Origin: an uncultured Nitrospinaceae bacterium
GTDB lineage: Bacteria; UBA8248
Reading direction: 5' to 3'
NCBI GenBank assembly: GCA_964005815.1
Contig: CAXFSR010000049.1
Location: forward strand, 366 to 64,365
Length of the DNA stretch: 64,000 nucleotides
How positions within the stretch are numbered: position 1 is the stretch's first letter; the number at the start of each line of letters is the position of its first letter. The position numbers and the translations under genes are program-made. Below are positions 1 to 10,621 of this stretch, one piece after another. A model generated the notes under the pieces. It did no database searches, was not told the origin of the DNA, and saw only the letters and a list, made by a program, of their open reading frames with translations.

Positions 1-237
1 GACTACCATAGGACTTCTTGGAAAAGCGATAGCAATACCTGTTGTTAAAAATATATTTTTAGTGACTACTGAACTAATAGCAAGTGGGAGAAATGGGTCG
101 TGTGCGTTCTCCATTGACAATAATCCATCGAACCCCTTTTTTTCATATTCTTTTGCAGAGGTGTTCGCTTTATTTAAATTATCTTGTGGAAGTGTAGTAT
201 AGACAAGCAATAGAGTATCCCCGAGTATACGGGTCAA
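1..237 (-). CDS. LLM-class flavin-dependent oxidoreductase (luciferase/SsuD-like), N-terminal fragment running off the left edge
   Basis: The minus-strand frame is open from a TTG at 235-237 down to position 1, but was not in the ORF track because it is partial. The translation ...KEYEKKGFDGLLSMENAHDPFLPLAISSVVTKNIFLTTGIAIAFPRSPMVV matches the conserved N-terminal core of LLM monooxygenases (GFDxxW...DPFxxLAxxAxxTxxIxLGTGVxxxPxRxP). The start codon is uncertain. Confidence 0.5.
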   Translation of the reverse strand, partial: MTRILGDTLLLVYTTLPQDNLNKANTSAKEYEKKGFDGLLSMENAHDPFLPLAISSVVTKNIFLTTGIAIAFPRSPMVV

Positions 238-266
238 AAAAATAAAGTATTTTTAAAAATTTCAAC

Positions 267-2972
267 TTAATTTTTTAATTCGCTTTGTTTTAATAACTGT
301 CTCAAAACGTATTGTAAAATACCTCCATTTTGGTAATACGCTAGTTCATTTGGAGTATCAATACGAACAATTGCTTTAAAATCCATCTCTTTTTCTGCAG
401 ATTTAGCTTTTACACTCACTTCGTTTGATTCACCCTGATTAAGTCCTATGATCGAAAATGTCTCTTCTCCTGTCAATCCAAGACTCTCTGCATTTTCTTC
501 GGGTTTAAATTGTAACGGCAAAACACCCATTCCAACGAGATTCGAACGATGTATACGTTCAAAACTCTGTGCTATAACCGCCTTTACCCCCAATAAAAGA
601 GAACCTTTCGCTGCCCAATCTCTAGATGAACCAGTTCCATACTCTTTCCCTGCAAGAACTACCAATGGAGTAGAGTCTTCTTTATACCTATTAGCAGCTT
701 CAAAAATATCTAAGACCTCTCCGGTAGGAAAGTATTTCGTAAATCCACCTTCTGTTCCGGGAGCAAGTTGATTTCTGAGTCTTACATTCGCAAATGTCCC
801 CCGCATCATTACTTCATGATTGCCTCTTCTAGAACCATAACTATTAAAATTATCTGGAAGAACATCATTCAAAACAAGAAATTGACCACCAGGACTATCT
901 TTTTTTATTGAACCAGCCGGAGAAATATGATCAGTTGTTATCGAGTCTCCAAGCAAAGCAAGACACCTGGCATCACTAATATCTGACACTGGGTCAGGAT
1001 CTTTTTTCATGCTATCAAAATAAGGCGCCTTTCTTACATACGTGGACATTTCATCCCAAGCGAATTGACTCCCTTCTGGAGTAGAAATACCTTGCCAAGA
1101 TAAATCTCCTGTAAAAACATCGCCATAAGATTTTTCAAAAAGATCAGATTTTACACTACCAACTAAAACTTCCTGTAATTCTTGCTGAGAAGGCCATATA
1201 TCTTTCAGAAAAACATCCTCGCCATTTGAGCTTTTCCCTATAGGTTCAGAGGAAAAATCAATATCTACTTTACCAGCCAATGCATAAGCAACTACTAATG
1301 GCGGAGACGCCAGAAAATTCATTCTTACTTCCGCATGAACACGACCTTCAAAATTTCTATTACCAGATAAAACAGAAGAAACTACTAAATTTTCGTCTGC
1401 TATTGCCTTAGAAATTGGTTGTGCCAACGGTCCAGAATTTCCTATACATGTAGTACATCCATATCCTACAACATTAAATCCTAACTCCTCTAAGTATTGA
1501 TAAAGATCAGATTTATTTAAATACTCTGTCACTACCTTAGAACCAGGAGCAAGACTTGTCTTAACCCAAGGATGAGTTTTTAATCCAGCTTCAACCGCCT
1601 TTTTTGCAAGAATACCAGCAGCAAGCATCACAGATGGATTTGATGTATTAGTACAACTTGTAATGGCAGCAATCACTACTGATCCATGCTCTAAATCGAA
1701 TGAATGTCCATTGTTTTTTATAGATGAAGAAGCAGTTTTCGAAACTGAAGTCTCCATCGAAGAAGAAATTTCTCCTAACATTTTGTCCAATTCATCAGTT
1801 ATTTTTGTTTTTGAATCCTTTAAAGAAATACGATCTTGAGGACGTTTCGGTCCAGAAATACTCGGCTCAACATCTGCAAGATCTAACTCCAGGATATCGG
1901 TATAGGAAGGATCTGGAGAAGAATGATCCCAAAACATTCCTTGTTCGCGAGAATAGGCTTCTACTAAATCAATTTGTTCTTTTGATCTTCCGGTCAGTTG
2001 TAGATATTTAATAGTTTCTTTATCTACTGGGAAAATACCGCAAGTAGCTCCGTACTCAGGCGCCATATTTGAAATCGTAGCTCTATCAGCAAGAGGCAGT
2101 GAAGACATCCCAGAACCAAAAAATTCCACAAATTTTCCAACTACTCCTTTTTTCCTGAGAATCTCTACAATAACTAAAACTAGATCAGTAGCTGTAGTTC
2201 CCTCAGATAATTCTCCAGTCAGTCGAAACCCTATAACCTCAGGTATTAACATTGAATAATGTTGACCAAGCATCGCAGCTTCTGCTTCAATTCCTCCCAC
2301 ACCCCAACCTAAAACTCCAATACCATTGATCATAGTTGTATGAGAATCAGTACCTACTACAGTGTCTGGGAAAGCAAATCTTGATCCATTTATATCCCTT
2401 ACAGAAACAACATCCGCCAAATATTCCAGATTTACCTGATGAACAATTCCTGTCGCAGGGGGTACTACACGAAAATTATCAAATGCATTCTGAGCCCAAC
2501 GCATAAATGAATAACGTTCAGTATTCCTTTCAAATTCAATCTGAGAATTAAAATCGACGGCATCTTTTGTTCCAAATTGATCAACTTGAACAGAATGATC
2601 AATTACAAGATCAACCGGCTGTATAGGATTTATAAGATTTGGATCACCACCAAGCTTTTCCATTGCATCACGCATAGATGCCAAATCAACAACAACTGGC
2701 ACTCCTGTGAAATCCTGCAACAAAACACGACTAGGCATAAAACCTATCTCACTACTTTCTTCACTATTCGGATTCCAGGTTAATAGGTTTTCTATATCAC
2801 TTGATTTAACAGAAACTCCGTCTTCATTACGAAGAAGATTTTCGAGTAAGATTTTCAAAGCAAACGGCAACTTTGTAAAATCTCCCTTTTCTTTCAGAGC
2901 ATCCAACCTAAAAAGTTCATATGAATTAGAACCCACATTGAATTCTGATCGGGAATTAAAAGTATCTTTCAT
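267..2972 (-). CDS. acnA: aconitate hydratase A
   Basis: 901-aa ORF with full-length similarity to the aconitase/IRP family: N-terminus [15 protein letters not shown], Fe-S ligand region and SRDWAAKG C-terminal motif. Confidence 0.9.
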   Translation of the reverse strand: MKDTFNSRSEFNVGSNSYELFRLDALKEKGDFTKLPFALKILLENLLRNEDGVSVKSSDIENLLTWNPNSEESSEIGFMPSRVLLQDFTGVPVVVDLASMRDAMEKLGGDPNLINPIQPVDLVIDHSVQVDQFGTKDAVDFNSQIEFERNTERYSFMRWAQNAFDNFRVVPPATGIVHQVNLEYLADVVSVRDINGSRFAFPDTVVGTDSHTTMINGIGVLGWGVGGIEAEAAMLGQHYSMLIPEVIGFRLTGELSEGTTATDLVLVIVEILRKKGVVGKFVEFFGSGMSSLPLADRATISNMAPEYGATCGIFPVDKETIKYLQLTGRSKEQIDLVEAYSREQGMFWDHSSPDPSYTDILELDLADVEPSISGPKRPQDRISLKDSKTKITDELDKMLGEISSSMETSVSKTASSSIKNNGHSFDLEHGSVVIAAITSCTNTSNPSVMLAAGILAKKAVEAGLKTHPWVKTSLAPGSKVVTEYLNKSDLYQYLEELGFNVVGYGCTTCIGNSGPLAQPISKAIADENLVVSSVLSGNRNFEGRVHAEVRMNFLASPPLVVAYALAGKVDIDFSSEPIGKSSNGEDVFLKDIWPSQQELQEVLVGSVKSDLFEKSYGDVFTGDLSWQGISTPEGSQFAWDEMSTYVRKAPYFDSMKKDPDPVSDISDARCLALLGDSITTDHISPAGSIKKDSPGGQFLVLNDVLPDNFNSYGSRRGNHEVMMRGTFANVRLRNQLAPGTEGGFTKYFPTGEVLDIFEAANRYKEDSTPLVVLAGKEYGTGSSRDWAAKGSLLLGVKAVIAQSFERIHRSNLVGMGVLPLQFKPEENAESLGLTGEETFSIIGLNQGESNEVSVKAKSAEKEMDFKAIVRIDTPNELAYYQNGGILQYVLRQLLKQSELKN

Positions 2973-3094
2973 AAAATTTCTCCATAAAACAAAAAGAATT
3001 TAAAATGAAATCTCTAAAACCTAAAACATATACTCAAAATGGAAAGGAAAGAGACTAACACAGCTTCATAAGAGCGTGTAGCATCAAAATAAAA

Positions 3095-3547
3095 TTATTC
3101 AAAAATAGGAAAAATATTTTTCTCTGCAGGAGTACTCGCGACCACATAAGTGGCAGTAGCAAACGCTACTGTTCGATTTTCCTCATCACTTACTCTTATT
3201 TCCCAAACAGAAGTTTTTCTTCCTCTATGCAATGGGGATGTTTCTGCAACAACAAATCCTGAAGAAACAGGACGTATGAAATTTACTTTCATCTCAAGAG
3301 TTACTAGATTTTGTCCAGGATAACTTAAATGAGCAGCAACTCCACCAGTACAATCCATTAAAGAAAAAATAGCACCTCCGTGCAAAATTCCAGTTGGTTG
3401 TAAAATTTCAGATTTTAAAGGAAGACGCATTTCAGCAAAATCTTTACCTGCATCTACAAATTCGATACCAACATGCTCATTAAAATTCCCAGACCATCTT
3501 TTTTTGAGAAAATCCCCAACTTGATCCTTGAGTGACTTTTCAGACAC
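3095..3547 (-). CDS. PaaI/YbgC-type hotdog-fold thioesterase
   Basis: 150 aa. The GILHGGAIFSLMDCTGGVAAHL motif is typical of the PaaI/4HBT thioesterase family. Confidence 0.75.
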   Translation of the reverse strand: MSEKSLKDQVGDFLKKRWSGNFNEHVGIEFVDAGKDFAEMRLPLKSEILQPTGILHGGAIFSLMDCTGGVAAHLSYPGQNLVTLEMKVNFIRPVSSGFVVAETSPLHRGRKTSVWEIRVSDEENRTVAFATATYVVASTPAEKNIFPIFE

Positions 3548-3576
3548 ACTTACTCCAAAACTTGAATGTTTTAAAA

Positions 3577-3891
3577 TTAACCAAAGATTTGATTGGGAAC
3601 TCTACCCCAATTTTCAGGATTCGTAACAATACTACCATCCTGTTCTTCGTAATCAAAAAAAAGTGTTTCAGTTTCAGTTTTCGTACCTTTTTTTTCTATT
3701 CTCCTTACACTGATCGTGGGGACATGGATATTAAGTTCAAAATTCTTGGCATGACTTATACTCACAATGGCATTAAATTTTGCAGCACATTTCTCAAGAG
3801 ATTCACGATTGGTCTTAATTGAACCATCGGAAAGGATTTCAGAATCAAAATTTTCTGTTAATTCTACTAAGAAACTATCTGGCTCTAACAT
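3577..3891 (-). CDS. hypothetical protein
   Basis: 104-aa ORF co-directional with neighbours. No recognisable motif. Confidence 0.4.
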   Translation of the reverse strand: MLEPDSFLVELTENFDSEILSDGSIKTNRESLEKCAAKFNAIVSISHAKNFELNIHVPTISVRRIEKKGTKTETETLFFDYEEQDGSIVTNPENWGRVPNQIFG

Positions 3892-3936
3892 TTCATTTTC
3901 TCCTTTAAACTCAGTTTTAAAATAGTTTTCAAACTT

Positions 3937-4704
3937 TTACCAATCCCAGAACATTGTATATGCCCTACCTAAAATCGGGGAGTGCTCATCCCACAATATA
4001 ACAATTCGATTGTTTTCAGCATCAAATTCTGGATATAGACGTCTTTTATTGAAACTGTTAGACGCTCCGTCAGATTCCTCTCTCCTTACACCTATTGGTT
4101 TTCTCTCAAACGGAAGAATCAATGAAAGTTTAAACGAATCTGTAGGATATTCTACAACTAGTGTAACCCACTCATTCCTAGAATTAAATGTATTTGCAAG
4201 AACCATTTCTTCTTGAATTTCAAATGATTCGCCTTCGGTCAAAGGTACAGGCAGAGAAAGACATGCTGAAGAATCTACGCTAGTCATTTTATCTACCTTA
4301 AACTCAACTTCCTCCCAATCTGCTGACTCTCCTGAATCATTGTCTATAGTCCTATACTTATATATTACTGAGCGATCACCTGTACCCGTATGACATCTTG
4401 ATCTGATTTCTGAGAGATCCCTGAGTGCAGAACAATTACGCTTACTTACCATACTTGCCTTTTTACCATTCACATCATGAATAGTATATTCTCTTTGATC
4501 AAGATTAATCTTGTAATCATAAAGTCCTTTTTCCTCATCTTTAGTTGGAGTAACATCTAAGTTTTCTAGAAGTGATAATTTCTCTTCCACACTTTGCAAT
4601 CTATCAATAATAGATTTCTGACGTAAAATGAATTCTTGAAGTTCTTCCCTTAATTTTTCTGTATATTCATTCTTGTCAATCATATTGAAATTACCCCTGC
4701 ACAC
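3937..4704 (-). CDS. hypothetical protein with N-terminal coiled-coil
   Basis: 255-aa ORF. The N-terminal heptad-rich segment (EELQEFILRQKSIIDRLQSVEEKLSLLENL) looks like a coiled coil. No family recognised. Confidence 0.45.
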   Translation of the reverse strand: MCRGNFNMIDKNEYTEKLREELQEFILRQKSIIDRLQSVEEKLSLLENLDVTPTKDEEKGLYDYKINLDQREYTIHDVNGKKASMVSKRNCSALRDLSEIRSRCHTGTGDRSVIYKYRTIDNDSGESADWEEVEFKVDKMTSVDSSACLSLPVPLTEGESFEIQEEMVLANTFNSRNEWVTLVVEYPTDSFKLSLILPFERKPIGVRREESDGASNSFNKRRLYPEFDAENNRIVILWDEHSPILGRAYTMFWDW

Positions 4705-4815
4705 ATAAAATTGGGAATAGTAAAAAAAAAGAAATTCCTAAAAGATTGTAGCACCAGAAACATTTTCTTTAAATTATTAAGTACAAAAGAGATAAATCTT
4801 ATATCCACTAATAAT

Positions 4816-5937
4816 CTAATTTGTTCCGTTCTTTAAAATAGAAATATCTGCAAGTTGACCACAAGCAGCACTAATATCAGCACCTTTACTTTTTCTCACG
4901 GTTGTTACGAAACCGTTCTTTTTAAGTATTTTTTGAAATTTTTCTACATTCTTTTCATCTGGACTTTTAAAATTAACTCCTTGAAATTCATTCCAAGGGA
5001 TAAGATTAATTTTAGTTCGAATTCCATTTAAAATTCTTACTAACTCATTGGCATCTTTCTCAGAGTCGTTTACTCCTTTTAGTAAAACATATTCGAAAGT
5101 TATCCTCTTAATATCTTTCGAAGATAAGTTTCTACAAATTGTAATAAGAGAAGACAAATTCCATTTTTTATTAACTGGAACAAGTTTTGAACGAGTAAAA
5201 TCATCTGAAGCATGTAAGGATATAGCAAGACCAACGTCTGGAATGGATTTTAAGAAATCTTTGATTTTATTTGAAATACCTACTGTAGATACAGTCAATC
5301 TTTTTTTTGCGACTCCTTCAAAACCAGGATCTGTAAGTATCTGTGCAGCTTTTTTCATTTCTTCGAAATTATCAAGAGGCTCACCCATACCCATAAAAAC
5401 AATATTATGGAACCTATCATTCTCTCCTAATCTTCTCTTTGCAGCTAAAAACTGTTCAACGATTTCTCCTGAAGTTAATTGACGAACAAAACCCATCTTT
5501 CCGGTTAAACAAAATTTACATCCCATTGCACAACCCACTTGTGTTGAAATGCAGATAGACCATCTTTTAATATTTCCTGCATGAATCATTGGAATCCTCA
5601 CACTTTCTACAATCGAACTATCTGCGAGAACCCAGGAATATTTCTCTGTACCATCAATAGATTCTTGTATATCCGCGCTGGCAAACCTACCTACTTTCGC
5701 AACTCTCATAAGATTTTGACGAAAAGAACCTGGCAAATTCATCATACGATCAAAGGAAATTTCATCAATATTATAAATCCAATCAAATAATTGTTTCCCC
5801 CTAAAATTCGGCTCACCAAATTTCTCACAAAAATTTTGTAGTTCTCCTAATTCCATGCCTTTCAAATCTATTAAATCAGGCTTGCATTTCTTTGAATACG
5901 GGTTAAGTTCCATAAAATTCGCCAAATCACTTTTCAT
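4816..5937 (-). CDS. rlmN: 23S rRNA (adenine2503-C2)-methyltransferase, radical SAM
   Basis: 373 aa with the CxxxCxxC radical-SAM motif (GCAMGCKFCLTG) and overall RlmN/Cfr architecture. Confidence 0.88.
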   Translation of the reverse strand: MKSDLANFMELNPYSKKCKPDLIDLKGMELGELQNFCEKFGEPNFRGKQLFDWIYNIDEISFDRMMNLPGSFRQNLMRVAKVGRFASADIQESIDGTEKYSWVLADSSIVESVRIPMIHAGNIKRWSICISTQVGCAMGCKFCLTGKMGFVRQLTSGEIVEQFLAAKRRLGENDRFHNIVFMGMGEPLDNFEEMKKAAQILTDPGFEGVAKKRLTVSTVGISNKIKDFLKSIPDVGLAISLHASDDFTRSKLVPVNKKWNLSSLITICRNLSSKDIKRITFEYVLLKGVNDSEKDANELVRILNGIRTKINLIPWNEFQGVNFKSPDEKNVEKFQKILKKNGFVTTVRKSKGADISAACGQLADISILKNGTN

Positions 5938-5955
5938 TAGAAGTCCTTAAATGCT

Positions 5956-6639
5956 ATGTTCCTTAAATTAGTTGAAGCGCTCAAACTATCGGAATCTTTC
6001 AAAATGACAATACGCGCAATCTTATTCGATCACGATGGAACCCTAGTAGACAGTTACGAAGGAATTGCAAAATCATTACAACTTACTTGCAAAGACATTG
6101 ATAAACCTACCCTAAATCAAGATGAAATTCTAGCCTCCATAGGTCCGACTTTAGAAACAAGATTTATGGAATTATGGGGTGAAGAGATTGGAGCCAAAGC
6201 CGTTCCTATATATAGGAAACACTACAAACAACATTTTATCGATGGGACAAAAATATTGCCTAAAGTAGAAAGTACGATTTTATCATTAAAATCAAGGAAA
6301 TATTTACTTGGATGTGTCACAAATAAAACTTACTTGTATGCGAAAGAACAATTAATTCATTTCAACCTCTTTGATAAAATGGAAGTTGTTTATGGAAACT
6401 TACAAGGTTTCAAACCAAAACCCGACCCAGAAATGATTGAAGAAGCATTAAGAAAATTAAAAGTATCTCGCGAAGAGACTATCTTAGTAGGAGACACCCC
6501 AATTGATATTCTTGCTGCAAAAGCTTCAGGAATTCAATCTTGGGCTATACTTGGAAAATATGCGTCCAGAGAATCTATTGAAAATGCTGATCCTGACAAA
6601 CTTTTATTCAAATTCGACGAGATCCTTAACCTTCTTTAG
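5956..6639 (+). CDS. HAD-superfamily hydrolase (phosphoglycolate phosphatase-like)
   Basis: HAD motif I (AILFDHDGTLVDS) and C-terminal motif VGDTPIDILAAKASG. The true start is probably the internal Met near 6004. Confidence 0.75.
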   Translation: MFLKLVEALKLSESFKMTIRAILFDHDGTLVDSYEGIAKSLQLTCKDIDKPTLNQDEILASIGPTLETRFMELWGEEIGAKAVPIYRKHYKQHFIDGTKILPKVESTILSLKSRKYLLGCVTNKTYLYAKEQLIHFNLFDKMEVVYGNLQGFKPKPDPEMIEEALRKLKVSREETILVGDTPIDILAAKASGIQSWAILGKYASRESIENADPDKLLFKFDEILNLL

Positions 6640-6676
6640 TTTAAAGCTACACTATTTTTAAAAACTACAGAAAAAA

Positions 6677-7591
6677 TTGTTTTCCAACTTATCAAAAGGA
6701 TATGGCAAAGTGAACCTAATCGGACAAGGTGAATTATTGGCAATTGCCTCTTCAATCACCTTTGGATTTACTCAAATACTTGTTCGTCAAGGCATTCAGA
6801 ACGCTAGTCCTGTTTCCGCTGCGTTAATTATGAATTCGATGGTATCAATTGGAGGATTGTTGATTGCTATTTATTCAGGAACACTAATGAATTCAACACT
6901 ACCTCCAATTCTATGGTACTTAGCCATAGGAATTACTGGACCTGGAATAGCTAGGGTTATGTATTATATTGGTATTTCAAGAATGGGTGTGAGCAGAACC
7001 GCAGGAATTTCATCCGCTACACCCATTTGGGGTGTAATTTTTGCAGTAATCTTTCTTGGAGAAACACCAAATACACTGGTTATATTAGGAACTCTAGCGG
7101 TTGTTTTTGGGGTAGGTCTTCTTAGTATTCAAGATGATGATTCAAAAACTTTTAAAGACTGGTTTCAAACTGCAATCTTTTTTGCGTTAATTGCATCTAT
7201 TGCTTATGCGATACCGCCAATTCTAGTAAAATTTGCATACAAATATCAGTCAACCCCTGCTGTTGGCATGTTTTTCTCTTTTGCTATGGGGAATATAGTC
7301 CTATTTTCTTGGAGAAAGGTTTTACCTGAAAAAGGACTTATAAAATCAAATAAAAAAGGACTTTTAATTTTAACAACTGCGGGATTTGGAGGAATTGCTA
7401 GTTCATGGTTCCTATGGAATGCATTCAGCATTGCAGACGTCACAACCGCACTCCCTCTTAGCAGAACCGCCCCTATATGGGTTGTCGTTTTTAGCAGAAT
7501 TTTTCTAGGGAAAATAGAGATTATAAATTCAAAAATATGGATAGGAACATTCCTAGTTGTACTAGGAGGAATCGCCGTAGTAATGTCCTAA
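6677..7591 (+). CDS. EamA/DMT-family transporter
   Basis: 304 aa and very hydrophobic, with about 10 predicted TM helices and two EamA-like halves. Confidence 0.75.
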   Translation: MFSNLSKGYGKVNLIGQGELLAIASSITFGFTQILVRQGIQNASPVSAALIMNSMVSIGGLLIAIYSGTLMNSTLPPILWYLAIGITGPGIARVMYYIGISRMGVSRTAGISSATPIWGVIFAVIFLGETPNTLVILGTLAVVFGVGLLSIQDDDSKTFKDWFQTAIFFALIASIAYAIPPILVKFAYKYQSTPAVGMFFSFAMGNIVLFSWRKVLPEKGLIKSNKKGLLILTTAGFGGIASSWFLWNAFSIADVTTALPLSRTAPIWVVVFSRIFLGKIEIINSKIWIGTFLVVLGGIAVVMS

Positions 7592-7619
7592 TAAAAAGTC
7601 ACGAATTATATCAAAATCT

Positions 7620-8009
7620 CTATTTCTTTTGACATAATTCTATTCGAACATTTTCAGGCCCACATATAAAGGCTATCATTCTTCCACCTACACCGGATGC
7701 CTCTGGTTCAACTATGAATTTAGCACCTCTAGCACGTAAAATATTTGCAGATTCTTCAACATTTTCTACTTCTAATCCAAAATGGTCTAACCCTTGGACA
7801 AGTTCTGGCGAAAATGCGTCTGGGTCTTCTCCGGGCCTTACGCCTCTTATAAAAACCCTAAGTCCACCAAATTCAACAACTGTATTTGGCGCACCTTTTA
7901 AATTTTCATCATAACTCAATACTTTTGCTAGAAATAAATCCTGAAAAAATGAAGACATTTCATCAACATTTTCACTAACAATATGCACATGATCTAATCT
8001 GAAATTCAT
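7620..8009 (-). CDS. VOC/glyoxalase-family protein
   Basis: 129 aa. HVHIVSENVDE...HFGLEVENVEE is typical of the glyoxalase/bleomycin-resistance fold. Confidence 0.7.
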   Translation of the reverse strand: MNFRLDHVHIVSENVDEMSSFFQDLFLAKVLSYDENLKGAPNTVVEFGGLRVFIRGVRPGEDPDAFSPELVQGLDHFGLEVENVEESANILRARGAKFIVEPEASGVGGRMIAFICGPENVRIELCQKK

Positions 8010-8056
8010 TTCAAAAAAACTCCTTCCTAAGAATTATTAGAAATCCATTTTTCTTC

Positions 8057-9685
8057 TTATTGTTGTGTTTGGTCTTCACTTTCTTTTTTTGCATTTTCTT
8101 TTTGCTCATTTAAACTTTTGGACCAAGCTAAAAGTGTTGAACGTACCATTTCAAGAAAAAAGGAAGATGTCAGTTCATCACTACTTAACTCCGTTGACAA
8201 CATAAAACATTCACGAGAAAAATCTTTCATTCCTAAATGATGGTAAAGATACGCATTCTCTTCTAATTGAGAAGTCAATCTTCTGATGTAATTCTTATTT
8301 TTATAGATTTCACTAGTTGCAGTTTTTATAGTCCGTTCTAAGAGTTCGTTCCTTTTTTGTTCACTAATTTTCTTGTCAGAATTTAATGAATCTATATAAG
8401 TTTGCACGTAAGGCCTAATGATTTGATCATCAATATACCAACCACTAAAAACCTTATCACTCAGAAGAATGCTTGCATCAATTCTTTCTTTATCTTTCGA
8501 AACATTATTCATCAGTTCGGCAACTGGATGAATATTCATATCTGAAAATTCACTTTTCTCAACAAGTGTATTTAGTAACAATTTAGTTCTAGTAAAACCA
8601 CTTGGAAGAGTTATCCCCAATTTTTCATTCTCCAATTGAGCTCTTTCCAATAACCAATTTGCATAAGAAATTGGCACTTCAGCAGTTGCAAGAGAGTCTT
8701 GTTCTTCTATTTTAGAGAGAAAATTTCGTATCTCCTTGGAAGTAGTTTCAACTAAAGACAAATCTTCTATTCCAGATTTAACTTTTAAATTAAATTCTCC
8801 TAAATAACGACCCTTTGGTTTTTTTGAACGTATGATCCATAATATTTTTCTACCAGTACCATCAGTTGAACTACAAATTGCCTTAGAAATATCATTTCCC
8901 TGAAAAAGATTTGGAGGAAGAGATTTATCTTTAGATGTTTTATTTTTGACATTAATTCCTTTTTTTTCTAAACGAAAAATACTCTTTCTCAAGAGTGACT
9001 TAAATTTTTTGTCCAAAGAATTCTCACTCATATTAACGAGAAAAATTGCTGCATCATTACTACTTAAAGAAACTACTAGATTTATTAGGTCTGGTGAAAA
9101 TTGTTGAGTTTTTTCGAAAACATTTTCAAAAATACGAAATAATTTTTCTATAGATTTAGGTTCTCCCTGATTCAATATTTGACGAAAGATGAGAGATTGC
9201 GAATGAATAGATAATTTCCCAATACTTTCTTCAAGATCATTAGTTTTCACTTTGTTTAAATCATTATGATTTAGAAAAAGATCTATATTTTTTGAAACCT
9301 CTTCCAAATTTTGGTCACTTAAAACATCTGGAATAATTGAATCGGAATCAATAGATAAGATGGTTTCTTTTAGCAATTTTAACTGCTCCGGTGTCCACTT
9401 AAATGACATTGCAAGTTCAAGTAAACTCGGGATGAACTCAGTATTGTTTAATGTTTTAATTGCAAGAAGGCTTGGAAGTACACCCTTGTCGCTCGTAAGA
9501 TTCAGATGTTCTTGCATTCCTCTTATCCCAGCGTCCCCTAATTCTAAGATTTCATCAATTAAAGGAGCGGGAGCCATAGCATCATCAGGCATAGGAGATG
9601 TAAAAGATTTTTCCAAAGCAAAAGCTATAGCCCTTGCCCTTTTAAGGTCCTCTCTTATCACTTTATTTTTCTTGTTTTTTTCCAT
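8057..9685 (-). CDS. large hypothetical protein
   Basis: 542-aa uninterrupted ORF, Lys/Glu/Leu-rich and predicted mostly helical. No recognisable catalytic motif. Confidence 0.5.
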   Translation of the reverse strand: MEKNKKNKVIREDLKRARAIAFALEKSFTSPMPDDAMAPAPLIDEILELGDAGIRGMQEHLNLTSDKGVLPSLLAIKTLNNTEFIPSLLELAMSFKWTPEQLKLLKETILSIDSDSIIPDVLSDQNLEEVSKNIDLFLNHNDLNKVKTNDLEESIGKLSIHSQSLIFRQILNQGEPKSIEKLFRIFENVFEKTQQFSPDLINLVVSLSSNDAAIFLVNMSENSLDKKFKSLLRKSIFRLEKKGINVKNKTSKDKSLPPNLFQGNDISKAICSSTDGTGRKILWIIRSKKPKGRYLGEFNLKVKSGIEDLSLVETTSKEIRNFLSKIEEQDSLATAEVPISYANWLLERAQLENEKLGITLPSGFTRTKLLLNTLVEKSEFSDMNIHPVAELMNNVSKDKERIDASILLSDKVFSGWYIDDQIIRPYVQTYIDSLNSDKKISEQKRNELLERTIKTATSEIYKNKNYIRRLTSQLEENAYLYHHLGMKDFSRECFMLSTELSSDELTSSFFLEMVRSTLLAWSKSLNEQKENAKKESEDQTQQ

Positions 9686-9832
9686 TTACCTTTTTATAAA
9701 TTAACCTCATTAATAAAAAAACAAAAAAAAATGCAAATTTATACGAATCCTCAAAAATGATAACATCTCAAAGAGTTTCTTGTAAAAAATATATTTGTAA
9801 CGATTGCTTTTAAAATTTAAGTAGAGGTTCTT

Positions 9833-10621
9833 TTGAATAAGCCTATTTTTTTTGATGTTGCTTTTAGCTATACCGATGTTCAGGAACATATACTAGAAAT
9901 TAAAAACCGTTTAAAAATAGAACATCAAGATGTTAATTGTGCTGTAGTAGATGTTCTTCGAGCAACAACTACTATTATTTCTTCTTTACACAATAAATGC
10001 TCAGAAATTTATCCAGTAATATCCAAGAATGCTGCAAAGCTTAAAGCAAAAGAATTAATGGGGGAAAATATCAAGAAACAGATCCTGTTAGCCGGAGAAA
10101 AAGATGGAAAAGCTTTAGAAGGATTCGATTTAGGAAATTCACCGTCAAACTTCGATCGTGAGATTGTAGAAAATAATATTCTGATTATATCTACCAGTAA
10201 TGGAACAAAAGCAATAGATGCAGTAAAGCAACAGAAATACGTTATTCTTTTCTCTTTAGCTAATTTAAGTGCGACCGCCTCATCGATTATCAAACCCATC
10301 ATGAAAAATCATAATCTTTTGATTATTTGTTCGGGAAGAAATGGAAAATATTGCGAAGAAGATTCAATAGCTTCTGGGCTCTTAATCAACAAAATAACTA
10401 GTCTTTGGAACGAAAAAGAATTCATCTGTTCTGATAGTGCAAAGGCATCTATACATATAGCGAATTTCTACAAAAAAGACATTCATAAAGCATTCCTGAA
10501 TTGTTCTTGGGGAAAACACCTGATTCAACTAGGTTTGAAAGAAGATTTAGAATTTTGTTCCAGGACAGACTGGTCAGATGTAGTCCCAAAATTAAAAGAT
10601 GGAAAGATTATAGCGTCCTAA
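9833..10621 (+). CDS. 2-phosphosulfolactate phosphatase (ComB) family protein
   Basis: 262 aa. The N-terminal AVVDVLRATTTI motif is characteristic of the ComB family. Confidence 0.7.
   Translation: MNKPIFFDVAFSYTDVQEHILEIKNRLKIEHQDVNCAVVDVLRATTTIISSLHNKCSEIYPVISKNAAKLKAKELMGENIKKQILLAGEKDGKALEGFDLGNSPSNFDREIVENNILIISTSNGTKAIDAVKQQKYVILFSLANLSATASSIIKPIMKNHNLLIICSGRNGKYCEEDSIASGLLINKITSLWNEKEFICSDSAKASIHIANFYKKDIHKAFLNCSWGKHLIQLGLKEDLEFCSRTDWSDVVPKLKDGKIIAS

Noticed and set aside
448-2011. Short antisense ORFs inside acnA (448-771, 1724-2011) and similar small ORFs antisense to other large genes.
   Set aside because: They overlap strongly supported long genes on the opposite strand and have low-complexity composition and no motifs. 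They are typical spurious ORFs in AT-rich DNA.
3577-4704. Possible recoding joining the 255-aa and 104-aa minus-strand ORFs, which lie in the same frame.
   Set aside because: The intervening stop is TAA (tta at 3937-3939 on the plus strand), not TGA, and both ORFs have their own plausible starts. They are treated as separate genes.
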